Source of the DNA: Bradyrhizobium sp.
GTDB lineage: Bacteria; Pseudomonadota; Alphaproteobacteria; Rhizobiales; Xanthobacteraceae
NCBI GenBank assembly: GCA_035652015.1
Contig: DASREP010000050.1
Location: 11,876-75,875, forward strand
Direction: 5' to 3'
Length of the DNA: 64,000 nt
Shown here: positions 30,438 through 41,031 of the stretch, one piece after another
Position numbering within the stretch: position 1 is the first letter of the stretch
Layout: each line of letters begins with the position of its first letter
Notes under the pieces: generated by a model
What the model saw: only the letters and a program-made list of their open reading frames with translations
Told to the model about the DNA's origin: nothing
The model's database searches: none
Position numbers and translations under genes: made by a program

Positions 30438-31220
30438 ATGCCCCGTTTCGCCGCCAATCTCACCATGATGTTCAACGAGGTGCCGTTCCTCGATCGCTTC
30501 GAGGCCGCGGCCAAGGCCGGCTTCACCGCGGTCGAGTTCCTGTTCCCCTATGACCACCCTGCGGAGGAGGTCGGCGCAAGGCTGCAGCGCTTTGGCCTGA
30601 CGCAGGCGTTGTTCAACCTGCCGCCGGGCGACTGGGCCGTCGGCGAAAAGGGCTTCGCGGCTTTGCCGGATCGTTTCGAGGACCTGAAGCAGAGCCTCGT
30701 CACCGCGCTGCCCTACGCCAGGGCGACTGGGGTCAAGCGGCTGCATCTGATGGCGGGCATCGCCGAGCGGAAGGACGCGAAAGCCATCGAAGCCTTCTAC
30801 AAATCGGTCGCCTGGGCCGCGGAGTTCTTTGCACCCCATGGCCTCGACGTCGTGATCGAGCCGATCAACCCGCGCAACGTGCCCGGCTATTTCCTCAACG
30901 ACTTCAACTTCGCGCGCGATCTCATCGAGGAATTGAAGATTCCGAATCTCAAACTCCAGTTCGACATCTATCACTGCCAGATCATCCATGGCGACGTCAC
31001 CATGCGGCTGCGCGAGATGATGCCGATCATCGGCCATATCCAGATCGCCAGCATTCCCTCCCGCCATGAACCGGATGGCGAGGAGCTAAACTATCCCTTC
31101 CTGTTCGACGAGCTCGATCGGCTCGGTTATGGCGGCTTCGTCGGCTGCGAATATAACCCGCGCGGCAAGACCACTGATGGTCTCGCCTGGTTCAAGCCCT
31201 ATGCCGGAGCAAGACCGTGA
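30438..31220 (+). CDS. otnI: 2-oxo-tetronate isomerase (Hyi family)
   Basis: PRFAANL, VEFLFPY, IEPIN, FDIYHCQ and GCEY motifs; cluster context. Confidence 0.88.
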   Translation: MPRFAANLTMMFNEVPFLDRFEAAAKAGFTAVEFLFPYDHPAEEVGARLQRFGLTQALFNLPPGDWAVGEKGFAALPDRFEDLKQSLVTALPYARATGVKRLHLMAGIAERKDAKAIEAFYKSVAWAAEFFAPHGLDVVIEPINPRNVPGYFLNDFNFARDLIEELKIPNLKLQFDIYHCQIIHGDVTMRLREMMPIIGHIQIASIPSRHEPDGEELNYPFLFDELDRLGYGGFVGCEYNPRGKTTDGLAWFKPYAGARP

Positions 31221-32491
31221 CCTTGAAGCTGGGTTGCATCGCCGACGACTACACCGGCGCTTCCGATCTCGCTAACACGCTGACCCGCGCAGGGCTGCGC
31301 ACCGTGCAGACCATCGGCGTGCCCGCAGACGATTTAGCGCTGCCCGAGGTCGATGCGGTCGTGGTGTCGCTCAAGAGCCGCTCCATCGAGGCGGCTCAGG
31401 CGGTGAGCCGGTCGCGGGCGGCGGAGACATGGCTGCGCGGGCGCAGCGCCAGTCATATCCTGTTCAAGATCTGCTCGACCTTCGATTCCACCGACAAAGG
31501 CAATATCGGCCCGGTTATGGACGCGCTGCGCGAGGATTGCGGCGAGGCGATCGTGCTGGTGACCCCGGCCTTCCCCGAGACGGGGCGGACCGTCTACCAG
31601 GGCAATCTTTTTGTCGGCACCGTTCCGCTCAATGAAAGCCCGCTCAAGGACCACCCGCTCAACCCGATGCATGACGCCAATCTCGTGCGGGTGCTGGCGC
31701 GCCAGAGCCGAACCGGGATCGGGCTGGTTGGTCTTTCGACAGTCACCAAGGGCGCGGCCGCGGTCCGCGCGCGCCTGGCTGAGCTCGCCGCGCAAGGCTT
31801 TGGCGCCGCGATAATCGACGCGGTGTTCGATATCGATCTCGAGACCATCGGCCGCGTTGCGCTGGATCATCGCCTCTCGGTCGGCGCCTCCGGCATCGGG
31901 CTTGGGCTTGCCCGCGCGCTGGTCGCCGCTGACGGCAAGCCTGCCTCGTCCAGCGCAGCCGCGATGGCGCCGGTCGGAGGGCTGGCTGCGATCCTCGCCG
32001 GCAGCTGCTCGCAGGCGACGCTCGGGCAGATCGCCGCGGCGGAGAAGATCATGCCGGTGCTGCACCTTGACTCCGAGCAGATCATTCAGGGCAAGGACGA
32101 AGGCCTCCGCGCGCTGGCGTGGGCGCGCGAACGGCTGCAAAGCGGCCCGTTACTAATTGCCTCCAGCGCTGCGCCCGAGCGCGTCGCTGCGCTCCAGGCG
32201 CGCCATGGCCGTGATACGGCAGGCCATGCAATAGAGGAGACGATGGCCGATATCGCCGAGGCGCTGGTCGCAGCCGGCGTGCGGCGGCTAATCGTCGCCG
32301 GCGGCGAGACATCAGGCGCAGTCGTCGACCGTTTGCAGATTCCGGGCTTTCTCGTGGGCGAGGAAATTTCTGCCGGCGTGCCCGTTTTGCGTGCAGTCGG
32401 TGCACGACAAGGCGAGATGTCGCTTGCCTTGAAGTCAGGCAATTTCGGCGGACCGCAGTTCTTCTCAGACGCGCTTGCGCTCATGCACTGA
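31217..32491 (+). CDS. otnK: 3-oxo-tetronate kinase (DUF1537 four-carbon acid sugar kinase)
   Basis: IADDYTGASD, KICSTFDST, AGGETSG and LKSGNFG motifs. Confidence 0.92.
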   Translation: MTLKLGCIADDYTGASDLANTLTRAGLRTVQTIGVPADDLALPEVDAVVVSLKSRSIEAAQAVSRSRAAETWLRGRSASHILFKICSTFDSTDKGNIGPVMDALREDCGEAIVLVTPAFPETGRTVYQGNLFVGTVPLNESPLKDHPLNPMHDANLVRVLARQSRTGIGLVGLSTVTKGAAAVRARLAELAAQGFGAAIIDAVFDIDLETIGRVALDHRLSVGASGIGLGLARALVAADGKPASSSAAAMAPVGGLAAILAGSCSQATLGQIAAAEKIMPVLHLDSEQIIQGKDEGLRALAWARERLQSGPLLIASSAAPERVAALQARHGRDTAGHAIEETMADIAEALVAAGVRRLIVAGGETSGAVVDRLQIPGFLVGEEISAGVPVLRAVGARQGEMSLALKSGNFGGPQFFSDALALMH

Positions 32492-32495
32492 ACGC

Positions 32496-32820
32496 AACAT
32501 CCAGGCGGCAACGCAAGGAGTCGGTCACTGCCATCAAGGAAATCTCCGATACAATCGAGAAGCTCTCGAAAATCTCTTCGACCATTGCGGCTGCGGTGGA
32601 GGAGCAGGGTGCGGCGACCCAGGAAATATCGCGCAACGTGCAGCAGGCGGCGCAAGGCACCCAGCAGGTCTCGTCCAACATCACCGACGTGCAGCGCGGC
32701 GCAACCGAAACCGGCACGGCGTCCTCACAGGTGCTCACCGCGGCACAGATGCTGTCGGGCGATTCCGGCCGGCTGCGGAGCGAGGTCTCGAAATTCCTGG
32801 CCTCGGTGCGCGCCGCTTGA
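32496..32820 (+). pseudogene. 5'-truncated, frameshifted methyl-accepting chemotaxis protein remnant
   Basis: NIQAATQ, one extra G at about 32517, then [45 protein letters not shown]...FLASVRAA*. Paralogous to the C-terminus of 33027-34712, with no start or sensor domain. Confidence 0.88.
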
Positions 32821-32825
32821 GCTGA

Positions 32826-32852
32826 CTGAGATCGCGCGTGACGCGATCTCAG
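32826..32852 (+). terminator. 11-bp hairpin downstream of the MCP remnant
   Basis: CTGAGATCGCG-CGTGA-CGCGATCTCAG; no clear U-tract. Confidence 0.45.
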
Positions 32853-33026
32853 CGGCGCAGTTAAAATCTTAGCCTCGGTATAAGATCGAGAGTTGGTCCG
32901 TGTTCGTACGGGCCGACTGTTTCACTATGGGTTAATTGCCACGTGAGAAGTCTAGGCAACGACCACGTCCAATTGACGCGCGCCGGTGAGGTTTGCAGAG
33001 CGAATTTATTTTCCCGGGGAACGGCA

Positions 33027-34712
33027 ATGCGCAAGAACCTGCCTGTTACGACCACTGAATATCCCGTCACTGACGAAACGCTGATTGTCTCGCAGACCGA
33101 CACCAAGGGCAAGCTCACCTTCTTCAACGACGATTTCATCGCCGCCGCCGGCTTCACGGCCGACGAGCTGATGGGCCAGCCGCACAACATCATCCGCCAT
33201 CCGGACATGCCGCCGGAGGCCTTCGAAAATCTCTGGGATACGCTGAAGGCCGGCAAGCCCTGGGTCGGCGCCGTGAAGAACCGCCGCAAGAACGGTGATT
33301 TCTACTGGGTGCTCGCCACCGCCTCGCCGATCCGGCAGAACGGCCATATCACCGGCTACACCTCGGTTCGCACCAGGTTGCCCGCCGACCAGCGCAAGGA
33401 GGCCGAGGAGGTCTATGCTGCGATCCGCGAAAAGCGGCCGCATGGCTACAAGATCGAGGCCGGCATCATCCGACGCCGTTCGCTGTCCGATCGCTTCAAG
33501 CTGTTTACCGGCTCCTTGAAAGCGCGCCTGATCACCCAGCTCGGCGTGCAAACCGTGCTGATGCTGGCGGTTGCGCTCGCCGTGCTGTTCGGCACGTCCG
33601 GGACGGTTGTCGCCTCGCTCGCCTTGCTGTGTGCCGTCTTCGGCGGCGGGCTCTGCATGCAGCTGATGGCGGCCATGAACGGGCCGCTGCACCATCTCAA
33701 CGAGACCATGGAGAACATCGTCCAGGGCAAGCTCGACGGCCGCATCAAGATCGAGCGCGACGACGAGATCGGCGAGGCGCTGCGCAACCTGCAGACGGTC
33801 CAGACCATCGTCCGCTTCTCCAAGGAAGAGCTGAAGGCGAGCGAACGCCGCGCCGCCATCCAGCGCCGCAGCGAGATGGTCAAGCTCGCTGACGGCTTCG
33901 AGGGTGCGGTCGGCGAGATCGTCGAAACCGTCTCCTCCGCCTCCACCGAGCTCGAGGCGTCCGCCACCAGCCTGTCCTCCACCGCCGACCGCGGCCAGGA
34001 GCTTGCGACCGCCGTCGCCTCGGCGTCTGAGGAGGCCTCGACCAATGTGCAGTCGGTCGCGTCCGCCAGCGAAGAGATGGCGTCCTCGATCCGCGAGATC
34101 AGCCGGCAGGTGCAGGATTCCGCGAAGATAGCCGGCGAGGCCGTACAGCAGGCCCGCACCACCAACGACCGGGTCAGCGAATTGTCCAAGGCGGCGACAC
34201 GGATCGGCGACGTCGTCGAGCTGATCAACACCATCGCCGGCCAGACCAACCTCCTGGCGCTCAACGCGACCATCGAGGCCGCGCGTGCCGGCGAAGCCGG
34301 GCGCGGCTTTGCCGTGGTCGCCTCCGAGGTGAAGGCGCTTGCCGAGCAGACCGCGAAAGCCACCGGCGAGATCGGCCAGCAGATCGCGAGCATCCAGTCG
34401 GCCACCCATGAATCCGTCGGTGCGATCCAGGCGATCAGCGTGACCATCGAACGGCTGTCCGAGATCTCCTCGACCATTGCCGCCGCGGTGGAACAGCAGG
34501 GGGCCGCGACCCAGGAAATCTCGCGCAGCGTGCAGCAGGCCGCTGCCGGCACGCGGGAGGTCTCCGCCAATATCACCGACGTGCAGCACGGCGCGACCGA
34601 CACCGGCTCGGCCTCCGAACAGGTGCTGTCGGCGGCGAAATCACTGTCGTCGGAGAGCAATCGCCTCAAGCTCGAGGTGGGCAGGTTCCTGCAGTCGGTG
34701 CGGGCGGCCTGA
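33027..34712 (+). CDS. Aer-like PAS-domain methyl-accepting chemotaxis protein
   Basis: N-terminal PAS ([24 protein letters not shown]), hydrophobic hairpin, HAMP (DEIGE) and [21 protein letters not shown] signalling domain. Confidence 0.93.
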   Translation: MRKNLPVTTTEYPVTDETLIVSQTDTKGKLTFFNDDFIAAAGFTADELMGQPHNIIRHPDMPPEAFENLWDTLKAGKPWVGAVKNRRKNGDFYWVLATASPIRQNGHITGYTSVRTRLPADQRKEAEEVYAAIREKRPHGYKIEAGIIRRRSLSDRFKLFTGSLKARLITQLGVQTVLMLAVALAVLFGTSGTVVASLALLCAVFGGGLCMQLMAAMNGPLHHLNETMENIVQGKLDGRIKIERDDEIGEALRNLQTVQTIVRFSKEELKASERRAAIQRRSEMVKLADGFEGAVGEIVETVSSASTELEASATSLSSTADRGQELATAVASASEEASTNVQSVASASEEMASSIREISRQVQDSAKIAGEAVQQARTTNDRVSELSKAATRIGDVVELINTIAGQTNLLALNATIEAARAGEAGRGFAVVASEVKALAEQTAKATGEIGQQIASIQSATHESVGAIQAISVTIERLSEISSTIAAAVEQQGAATQEISRSVQQAAAGTREVSANITDVQHGATDTGSASEQVLSAAKSLSSESNRLKLEVGRFLQSVRAA

Positions 34713-34878
34713 TTTGCGGCCCTTCGCGACGGGATTGCGCGCCAGATATCGCGGCAGCGAATAAGGCCATTACGCCTGCGGGTTAGCTAAACGGCGGCGG
34801 TTCAGGTAAATCGAGGCTTGCGCTTCGGGGGAGGCGAGTTCCACGCGTCCCCCGCTGGCGGAAGGAAACGCCTCACCC

Positions 34879-37800
34879 ATGATCGCCCTGGTCCGTATCG
34901 CCCTGAGCCGTCCGTATACTTTCGTCGTGCTCGCGCTTCTTCTGCTGATCATCGGGCCCCTGGCGGCGCTGCGCACCCCGACCGACATCTTTCCCGACAT
35001 TCGCATTCCCGTGATCGGCGTGGTCTGGCAGTACACCGGCCTGCCGCCGGACCAGATGTCCGGGCGCATCACCACGCCGTTCCAGCGGGCGCTGACCACC
35101 ACCGTCAACGACATCGAGCACATCGTCGCCAATTCCTATAACGGCGTCGGCATCATCAAGATCTTCTTCCAGCCGAATGTCGATATTCGCACGGCCAATG
35201 CCCAGGTCACCGCGATCTCGCAGACCATGATCAAGCAGCTGCCGCCGGGTGCGACGCCGCCGCTCATTCTCAACTACAGCGCCTCCACCGTGCCGATCAT
35301 CCAGGTCGCGCTGTCGGGCGAGGGCTTGACCGAGCAGAACCTCGCCGACATCGGCATCAACCAGCTGCGCACGCCGCTGGTCACCGTGCCCGGCGCCGCC
35401 ATTCCCTATCCCTTCGGCGGCAAGCAGCGCCAGATCCAGATCGATCTCAACCCGGAGGCGTTGCAGGCGCGCGGCCTCTCCGGCCAGGACGTCGCCAATG
35501 CGCTCGCCGCGCAAAACCTGATCACGCCAGTCGGCACCGAGAAGATCGGCGGGTTCGAATACAACATCCAGCTCAACAACTCGCCGCTGAAGATCGAGGA
35601 ACTCGGCGACCTTCCGATCAGGACGGTCAACGGCGCCATGGTCTACATCCGTGATGTCGCCAGCGTCCGCGACGGCAATCCGCCGCAGACTAACATCGTC
35701 CACGTCAACGGCAACCGCTCGGTGCTGATGATGGTGCTGAAGGCAGGCTATATCTCGACGCTGGATATCATCGCCGGCATCAAGCAGAAGGTGATCGACG
35801 TCCGCGACCAGATGCCGGACGCGCTCAAGATCGGCTTCATCGGCGACCAGTCGGTGTTCGTGCGCAGCGCGGTGACCGGCGTCGCCTTCGAGGGTGTGAT
35901 TGCCGCGTTGCTCACCAGCGTGATGATCCTCTTGTTCCTGGGCAGCTGGCGCTCCACGGTCATCATTGCGGTGTCGATCCCGCTGTCGGTGCTGGGCGCC
36001 ATCGTGATGCTGTCGGCGATCGGCGAGACGCTCAACATCATGACGCTGGGCGGCCTTGCGCTTGCCGTCGGCATCCTGGTCGACGACGCCACCGTGACCA
36101 TCGAGAACATCAACTGGCACCTGGAGCAGGGCAAGGATGTCGAGCCCGCGATCATGGACGGCGCGCGCCAGATCGTGACGCCCGCCTTTGTCTCGCTGCT
36201 CTGCATCTGCATCGTGTTCGTGCCGATGTTCTTCCTGACCGGCGTGGCGCGCTTCCTGTTCGTGCCGATGGCGGAAGCGGTGATGTTCGCCATGATGTGG
36301 TCGTTCATCCTGTCGCGCACGCTGGTGCCGACCATGGCTAAATATCTGCTGCACAAGCATGAGCATCACGAGGGTACACCGCCGCCGTCGCGCAACCCCC
36401 TGGTCTGGTTCCAGCGCGGCTTCGAGGCGCGGTTCGAGCGTGTCCGCACCAGTTATCGCGACCTGCTGACGCTCGCCATGCACCACCGCGCCATCTTCGT
36501 GATCGGCTTCCTCGGCTTTGTCGCGGTGTCGTTCCTGCTCACGCCCTATCTCGGCCGCAACTTCTTCCCGGCGGTGGATTCCGGCTCGATCCTGATGCAT
36601 GCGCGCACCCAGATCGGCACCCGCATCGAGGAAAGCGCCAACCAGTTCGCGGACGTGCAGAAGGCGATCCGCAAGATCATCCCGCCCGGCGAGATCGAGA
36701 CCTTGGCCGACAATATCGGCATGCCGATCTCCGGTATCAACATGACCTATAACAACACCGGCGTGATCGGCCCGCAGGACGGCGACATCCAGATCAAGCT
36801 GAAGGAGGGCCATCGTCCGACCGAGGAATATGTCCAGGCCTTGCGCGAGCAATTGCCACGGCTGTTTCCCGGCATGACGTTTGCGTTCCTGCCGGCCGAT
36901 ATCGTCAGCCAGATCCTCAATTTCGGCGCGCCGGCGCCGATCGACCTGCAGATCCGCGGCGCCAATGTCGAGGCCAATTTTGCCTACGCCAACAAGCTGC
37001 TCAACCGCATCAAGCGGATCCCGGGCATTGCCGATGCGCGCATCCAGCAGTCGCCGAGCAGTCCCACCTTCAACATCGATGTCGACCGCACCCGCGCCCA
37101 ATATGTCGGCCTGACCGAGCGCGACGTCACCAACTCTCTTGTCGTCAACCTCGCCGGCTCCTCCCAGGTCGCGCCGACCTATTATCTCAATCCGGATAAC
37201 GGCGTGTCCTACTCGATCGTGATGCAGACGCCGCAGTTCCAGATCGATTCCCTGAGCGCGCTGCAGACGCTGCCGATCACCGCGGCCTCGACCTCGAGCC
37301 CGCCGATTCTCGGCGGCATCGCGGATATCAAGCGCACGACCTCCAGCGCCGTGGTCTCGCAATACGACATCCAGTCCATGGTGCAGATTTTCGCGACCTC
37401 GCAGAACCGCGACCTCGGCGCCATCGCGGCCGACGTGAAGAGCGCGATCGCCGATACCGCCAAGGAGGTGCCGAAGGGCTCCTCGGTCGTCCTGCTCGGC
37501 CAGGTGCAGACCATGAACAGCGCCTTCGCGGGCCTTTTGTTCGGCCTGCTCGCGGCAGTCGTGCTGATTTACCTGTTGATCGTCGTGAACTTCCAGTCCT
37601 GGTCCGATCCCTTCGTGATCATCACCGCGCTGCCGTCGGCGCTCGCCGGCATCGTGTGGATGCTGTTCACGTCCAACACCACGCTGTCGGTGCCGGCGCT
37701 GACCGGCGCCATCATGTGCATGGGCGTTGCCACCGCCAACAGCGTGCTGGTGATCTCCTTCGCCCGCGAGCGCTATGAGGAGCTGGGTGATCCGATCCAG

Positions 37801-38058
37801 GCTGCGATCGAGGCCGGCTTCGTCCGTTTCCGCCCCGTGCTGATGACCGCGCTTGCCATGATCATCGGCATGACCCCGATGGCGCTTTCGCTCGGCGAGG
37901 GCGGCGAGCAGAATGCGCCGCTGGGCCGCGCCGTCGTTGGCGGGCTGATCTTCGCCACCATGGCGACCCTGATGTTTGTGCCGGTGGTATTCAGTATGGT
38001 ACACAAGAAGCAAGGCGCCAAAGACGCCGCCGCATTGGAGACGCAGCATGCCCACTGA
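34879..38058 (+). CDS. RND efflux permease (AcrB/CusA-type superfamily)
   Basis: 1059 aa; GILVDDATVTIENI and RFRPVLMT motifs. Confidence 0.95.
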   Translation: MIALVRIALSRPYTFVVLALLLLIIGPLAALRTPTDIFPDIRIPVIGVVWQYTGLPPDQMSGRITTPFQRALTTTVNDIEHIVANSYNGVGIIKIFFQPNVDIRTANAQVTAISQTMIKQLPPGATPPLILNYSASTVPIIQVALSGEGLTEQNLADIGINQLRTPLVTVPGAAIPYPFGGKQRQIQIDLNPEALQARGLSGQDVANALAAQNLITPVGTEKIGGFEYNIQLNNSPLKIEELGDLPIRTVNGAMVYIRDVASVRDGNPPQTNIVHVNGNRSVLMMVLKAGYISTLDIIAGIKQKVIDVRDQMPDALKIGFIGDQSVFVRSAVTGVAFEGVIAALLTSVMILLFLGSWRSTVIIAVSIPLSVLGAIVMLSAIGETLNIMTLGGLALAVGILVDDATVTIENINWHLEQGKDVEPAIMDGARQIVTPAFVSLLCICIVFVPMFFLTGVARFLFVPMAEAVMFAMMWSFILSRTLVPTMAKYLLHKHEHHEGTPPPSRNPLVWFQRGFEARFERVRTSYRDLLTLAMHHRAIFVIGFLGFVAVSFLLTPYLGRNFFPAVDSGSILMHARTQIGTRIEESANQFADVQKAIRKIIPPGEIETLADNIGMPISGINMTYNNTGVIGPQDGDIQIKLKEGHRPTEEYVQALREQLPRLFPGMTFAFLPADIVSQILNFGAPAPIDLQIRGANVEANFAYANKLLNRIKRIPGIADARIQQSPSSPTFNIDVDRTRAQYVGLTERDVTNSLVVNLAGSSQVAPTYYLNPDNGVSYSIVMQTPQFQIDSLSALQTLPITAASTSSPPILGGIADIKRTTSSAVVSQYDIQSMVQIFATSQNRDLGAIAADVKSAIADTAKEVPKGSSVVLLGQVQTMNSAFAGLLFGLLAAVVLIYLLIVVNFQSWSDPFVIITALPSALAGIVWMLFTSNTTLSVPALTGAIMCMGVATANSVLVISFARERYEELGDPIQAAIEAGFVRFRPVLMTALAMIIGMTPMALSLGEGGEQNAPLGRAVVGGLIFATMATLMFVPVVFSMVHKKQGAKDAAALETQHAH

Positions 38059-39241
38059 ACAGACGCCGCCGGTTTCCCGCCGGAAGTTGGGCATTGCCGG
38101 CGTGGTCGGTCTCACAGTCGCGGTGCTGATCGTGGTCAACGGCATCCGGGCCCGCGAGCAGGCCAATGCCGAATTGCGGCAATGGACCGATGACCAGGCG
38201 ATTCCGACGGTTGCCGTGGTGCAGCCGGACGCCAAGGCGCTCTCCGCCACCATCGACCTGCCGGGCCGGCTGGAGGCTTATTCCCGTGCGCCGATCTTCG
38301 CCCGCGTCAGCGGCTACCTGAAAAGCTGGAACGTCGATATCGGCGCCAAGGTGAAGGCCGGCGATGTCATTGCCGAGATCGAGGCGCCGGACCTCGACCA
38401 GCAGCTGTTGCAGGCGCGCGCCGATCTCGCCAGCCAGGAGGCGAGCGCAAGGCTATCGGAAGCGACGTTGAACCGCCGCAAGACGCTGATCGCGTCGAAT
38501 TTCGTCTCCATGCAGGAGATCGACGAGCGCACCGCCGACCTCTCCAACAAGAAGGCGGCGGTGAACGCGGCCCAGGCCAATGTCGAGCGGCTGGAGGCGC
38601 TCGCCGGCTACAAGAAGATCACCGTGCCGTTCGACGGCATCGTCACGGCGCGCGACACCGATGTCGGCGCGCTGATCAATGCCGGTGGTGGCGGCACGCC
38701 GATGTTTGTGATCTCCGATACGTCCAAGCTCCGCCTCTATGTCAACGTGCCGCAGAACTACGTGCCGGAGATCAAGATCGGCGCCAAGGCCGTCGTCACC
38801 GTGCCGGAATATCCCAACCGCACCTTCCCTGCCACGGTGGAAGCCTCGGCGCAGGCGGTCGACGTCAATTCCGGCACCACGCGCATGCAGCTCGGGATCG
38901 ACAACACGAAGGGCGAATTGATGCCGGGCGGCTATGCCAGCGTGAAGCTCAGCCTGCAGCGTGAGGCCGTGCCGCTGCACATTCCCGCCAGCGCTCTGAT
39001 CTTCAACCAGAACGGATTGCGCGTGGCGACGGTCGGAGCGGATGACAAGGTCCGCTTCAAGACGGTAACGATTGCGCGCGATCTCGGTCGCGAGATCGAA
39101 ATCGGCTCGGGGCTTGCAATCGCGGACCGCGTCATCGTCGCCCCGCCGGATGGGATTGCCGACGGTGATCAGGTTCGCGTGGCGGGAGCGGTGACCAAGC
39201 CAGCACCGAAGTTGTCAGAGCGGCAGGACGTGAAGGGGTAG
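38048..39241 (+). CDS. RND periplasmic adaptor (membrane fusion protein)
   Basis: N-terminal TM anchor, ARVSGYL...G..VKAGD lipoyl halves and PFDGIVTAR. Confidence 0.93.
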   Translation: MPTEQTPPVSRRKLGIAGVVGLTVAVLIVVNGIRAREQANAELRQWTDDQAIPTVAVVQPDAKALSATIDLPGRLEAYSRAPIFARVSGYLKSWNVDIGAKVKAGDVIAEIEAPDLDQQLLQARADLASQEASARLSEATLNRRKTLIASNFVSMQEIDERTADLSNKKAAVNAAQANVERLEALAGYKKITVPFDGIVTARDTDVGALINAGGGGTPMFVISDTSKLRLYVNVPQNYVPEIKIGAKAVVTVPEYPNRTFPATVEASAQAVDVNSGTTRMQLGIDNTKGELMPGGYASVKLSLQREAVPLHIPASALIFNQNGLRVATVGADDKVRFKTVTIARDLGREIEIGSGLAIADRVIVAPPDGIADGDQVRVAGAVTKPAPKLSERQDVKG

Positions 39242-39270
39242 GACCGGGCACGCTCCTCGCTCCGCAGACT

Positions 39271-39361
39271 GTAGGGTGGGCAAAGGCGCAAAGCGCCGTG
39301 CCCACCATCCGATCGCGATCGTCGTGTTGACGGTGGGCACGCTTCGCTTTGCCCACCCTAC
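39271..39361. repeat. GTAG-type REP doublet, copy 3 (inverted relative to copies 1 and 2)
   Basis: GTAGGGTGGGCAAAGGCG...CTTTGCCCACCCTAC; between convergent genes. Confidence 0.92.
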
Positions 39362-39372
39362 AACGCGCGGGG

Positions 39373-40887
39373 CTATACGGCCTTCCACTCCAGCACGCCG
39401 TCCGCCGCGATCGCGATCTCTCCGGACGAGCCCACCGGCGTACGTTCCATGTTCGTTAGAAACGCCAGCGTCGCCACATCCACCGCCGGCACGCGCGCCA
39501 AGGTGCGCGCATCCGCCTCCGTCCGCAACATCACCACGCCGTGCTCGACCTCGCCATTGCGGCCATAGAGCACCGTGAAGCTCTCGACCTTGCCCTTGCC
39601 CGAGGCCTGATCAACGAACTCCGGCACCGCGCCCTTGTTGCGATCGGCAATCGCCTGCACCGATGTCTCCTGCGCAAGCGTCTCACGCGGCACCTGCCGC
39701 GACAACACCAGTGCATGGTGCTTTGTCACGAACCCACCCTGGCCATAGAGCAGCCCCAGCTTGGCGCCGCCGCGCATCTTACGCACCATGGCGCAAGCGG
39801 CATGCGTCATGTAGGTGTTGAGCGGCGCGCCGAAGAAGGTGAGGCCGCCGGTCACGGTCGGATTGACGTCAGGCCCAAGCTTGAGCGTCCGGCGCGCCAT
39901 CTTGGGCACGCAGGGAAAGCAGCTATACAGCTCGATCGCGTCGAAGGAGCGGCCGTCGCCGCCGACCATCTCCATCACGGCATTGAGCACCGCATTTTGC
40001 GGATGGCTTTCGCGGAACTGGTCGCGGAGCAAATAGTCGCGCGGCTCTTCGGCCGAGGCGCCGCCGAGCGGGTAGATCAGCCGGTCCTCGGCAATGCCGG
40101 CCGCGCGCGCTTTGGCAAGGCTGGTCAGCAGCACCGCGCCGCCCATGTTCACCATGGGGTTGGCGACCATCAATTTGGTATAGGGCCAGGCGATCGGGCG
40201 GTTGTCCGGTGTCGGCGTCGTGATCTCCGCCGGCGCAAAATGCCGCTTCAGCCAGGCGTTCGGATTGTCGGCGGCCGCATCCGAATAGCGCGACCACAAC
40301 TCGCCTGACTCGGCGAGCGCCTCGCGTGGCGTCTGGCCCCAATGCGCCGAGCTTGCGACCTCATAGAAGGGATAGACGGTCACCGGCCGGAATACGCCGA
40401 GCTTCACTGCAAGCGGCTTCTGGAACGCCGCGCCGCGCTTCGGCTCCGGCACGTCATGGGCGAATGGCGTCCAGGGCAGCGTCACGCCGGCGCGCTCGGC
40501 CTTGGTCGCGGTCGACTGCGCTTCGGCGCCGCAGATGGCGGCAACGCTGCATTCGCCGCGCGCAATGCGCTGCGCCGCCTCGTGGATGTAACGGATCGGG
40601 CTCTCGCCGCCGACCGGGCCGTAATAGCAATGCGCCGGCGCAACGCCGAGCCGATCGGCCAGCAGCTTCTCCGGATCGCGATAGCGCCAGCTCAGGAAGT
40701 TGACGACGGCGAGCGAGCCGAGCTCGTGCAGCAGTTTCGCACCGGCGTCCTGCTCGGCGCGCTTCACGGCGTGTTCGAGCAGCGCGAGCGGCTCGAGGCC
40801 GTCAGAAATTTCCTTCGGGCGGTCGACGATCTCGCCGACGCCGACAATGACGGGAATGCGGTCTGGGGAGGGGAGATTGTTGGTCAT
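39373..40887 (-). CDS. thiolase-like protein with non-canonical active site and extra C-terminal domain
   Basis: PVIVGVG, VGGESP, ELYSCFP and TVTGGLTFFGAP motifs; about 504 aa. Confidence 0.82.
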   Translation of the reverse strand: MTNNLPSPDRIPVIVGVGEIVDRPKEISDGLEPLALLEHAVKRAEQDAGAKLLHELGSLAVVNFLSWRYRDPEKLLADRLGVAPAHCYYGPVGGESPIRYIHEAAQRIARGECSVAAICGAEAQSTATKAERAGVTLPWTPFAHDVPEPKRGAAFQKPLAVKLGVFRPVTVYPFYEVASSAHWGQTPREALAESGELWSRYSDAAADNPNAWLKRHFAPAEITTPTPDNRPIAWPYTKLMVANPMVNMGGAVLLTSLAKARAAGIAEDRLIYPLGGASAEEPRDYLLRDQFRESHPQNAVLNAVMEMVGGDGRSFDAIELYSCFPCVPKMARRTLKLGPDVNPTVTGGLTFFGAPLNTYMTHAACAMVRKMRGGAKLGLLYGQGGFVTKHHALVLSRQVPRETLAQETSVQAIADRNKGAVPEFVDQASGKGKVESFTVLYGRNGEVEHGVVMLRTEADARTLARVPAVDVATLAFLTNMERTPVGSSGEIAIAADGVLEWKAV

Positions 40888-40934
40888 CTTGCTCCGAACA
40901 AAGCAGCGCTTGTTGTTGACGATGCGCCCGCCAC

Positions 40935-41022
40935 CACCGTCATTGCGAGCGAAGCGAAGCAATCCAGGGCCACGCCCGCGACTCTGGATTGCCGCGTCGC
41001 TTCGCTCCTCGCAATGACGGTG
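40935..41022. repeat. palindromic repeat family CCGTCATTGCGAG...CTCGCAATGACGG, copy 1
   Basis: Terminal inverted repeat with GCAATCC/GGATTGC inner arms; second copy at 51820. Confidence 0.9.
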
Positions 41023-41031
41023 GATAGACGA

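Noticed and set aside
32853-33026. CtrA box upstream of the PAS-MCP
   Set aside because: Only isolated TTAA half-sites; no TTAA-N7-TTAA.
34873-38253. 1126-aa minus-strand ORF
   Set aside because: Antisense shadow of the RND permease.
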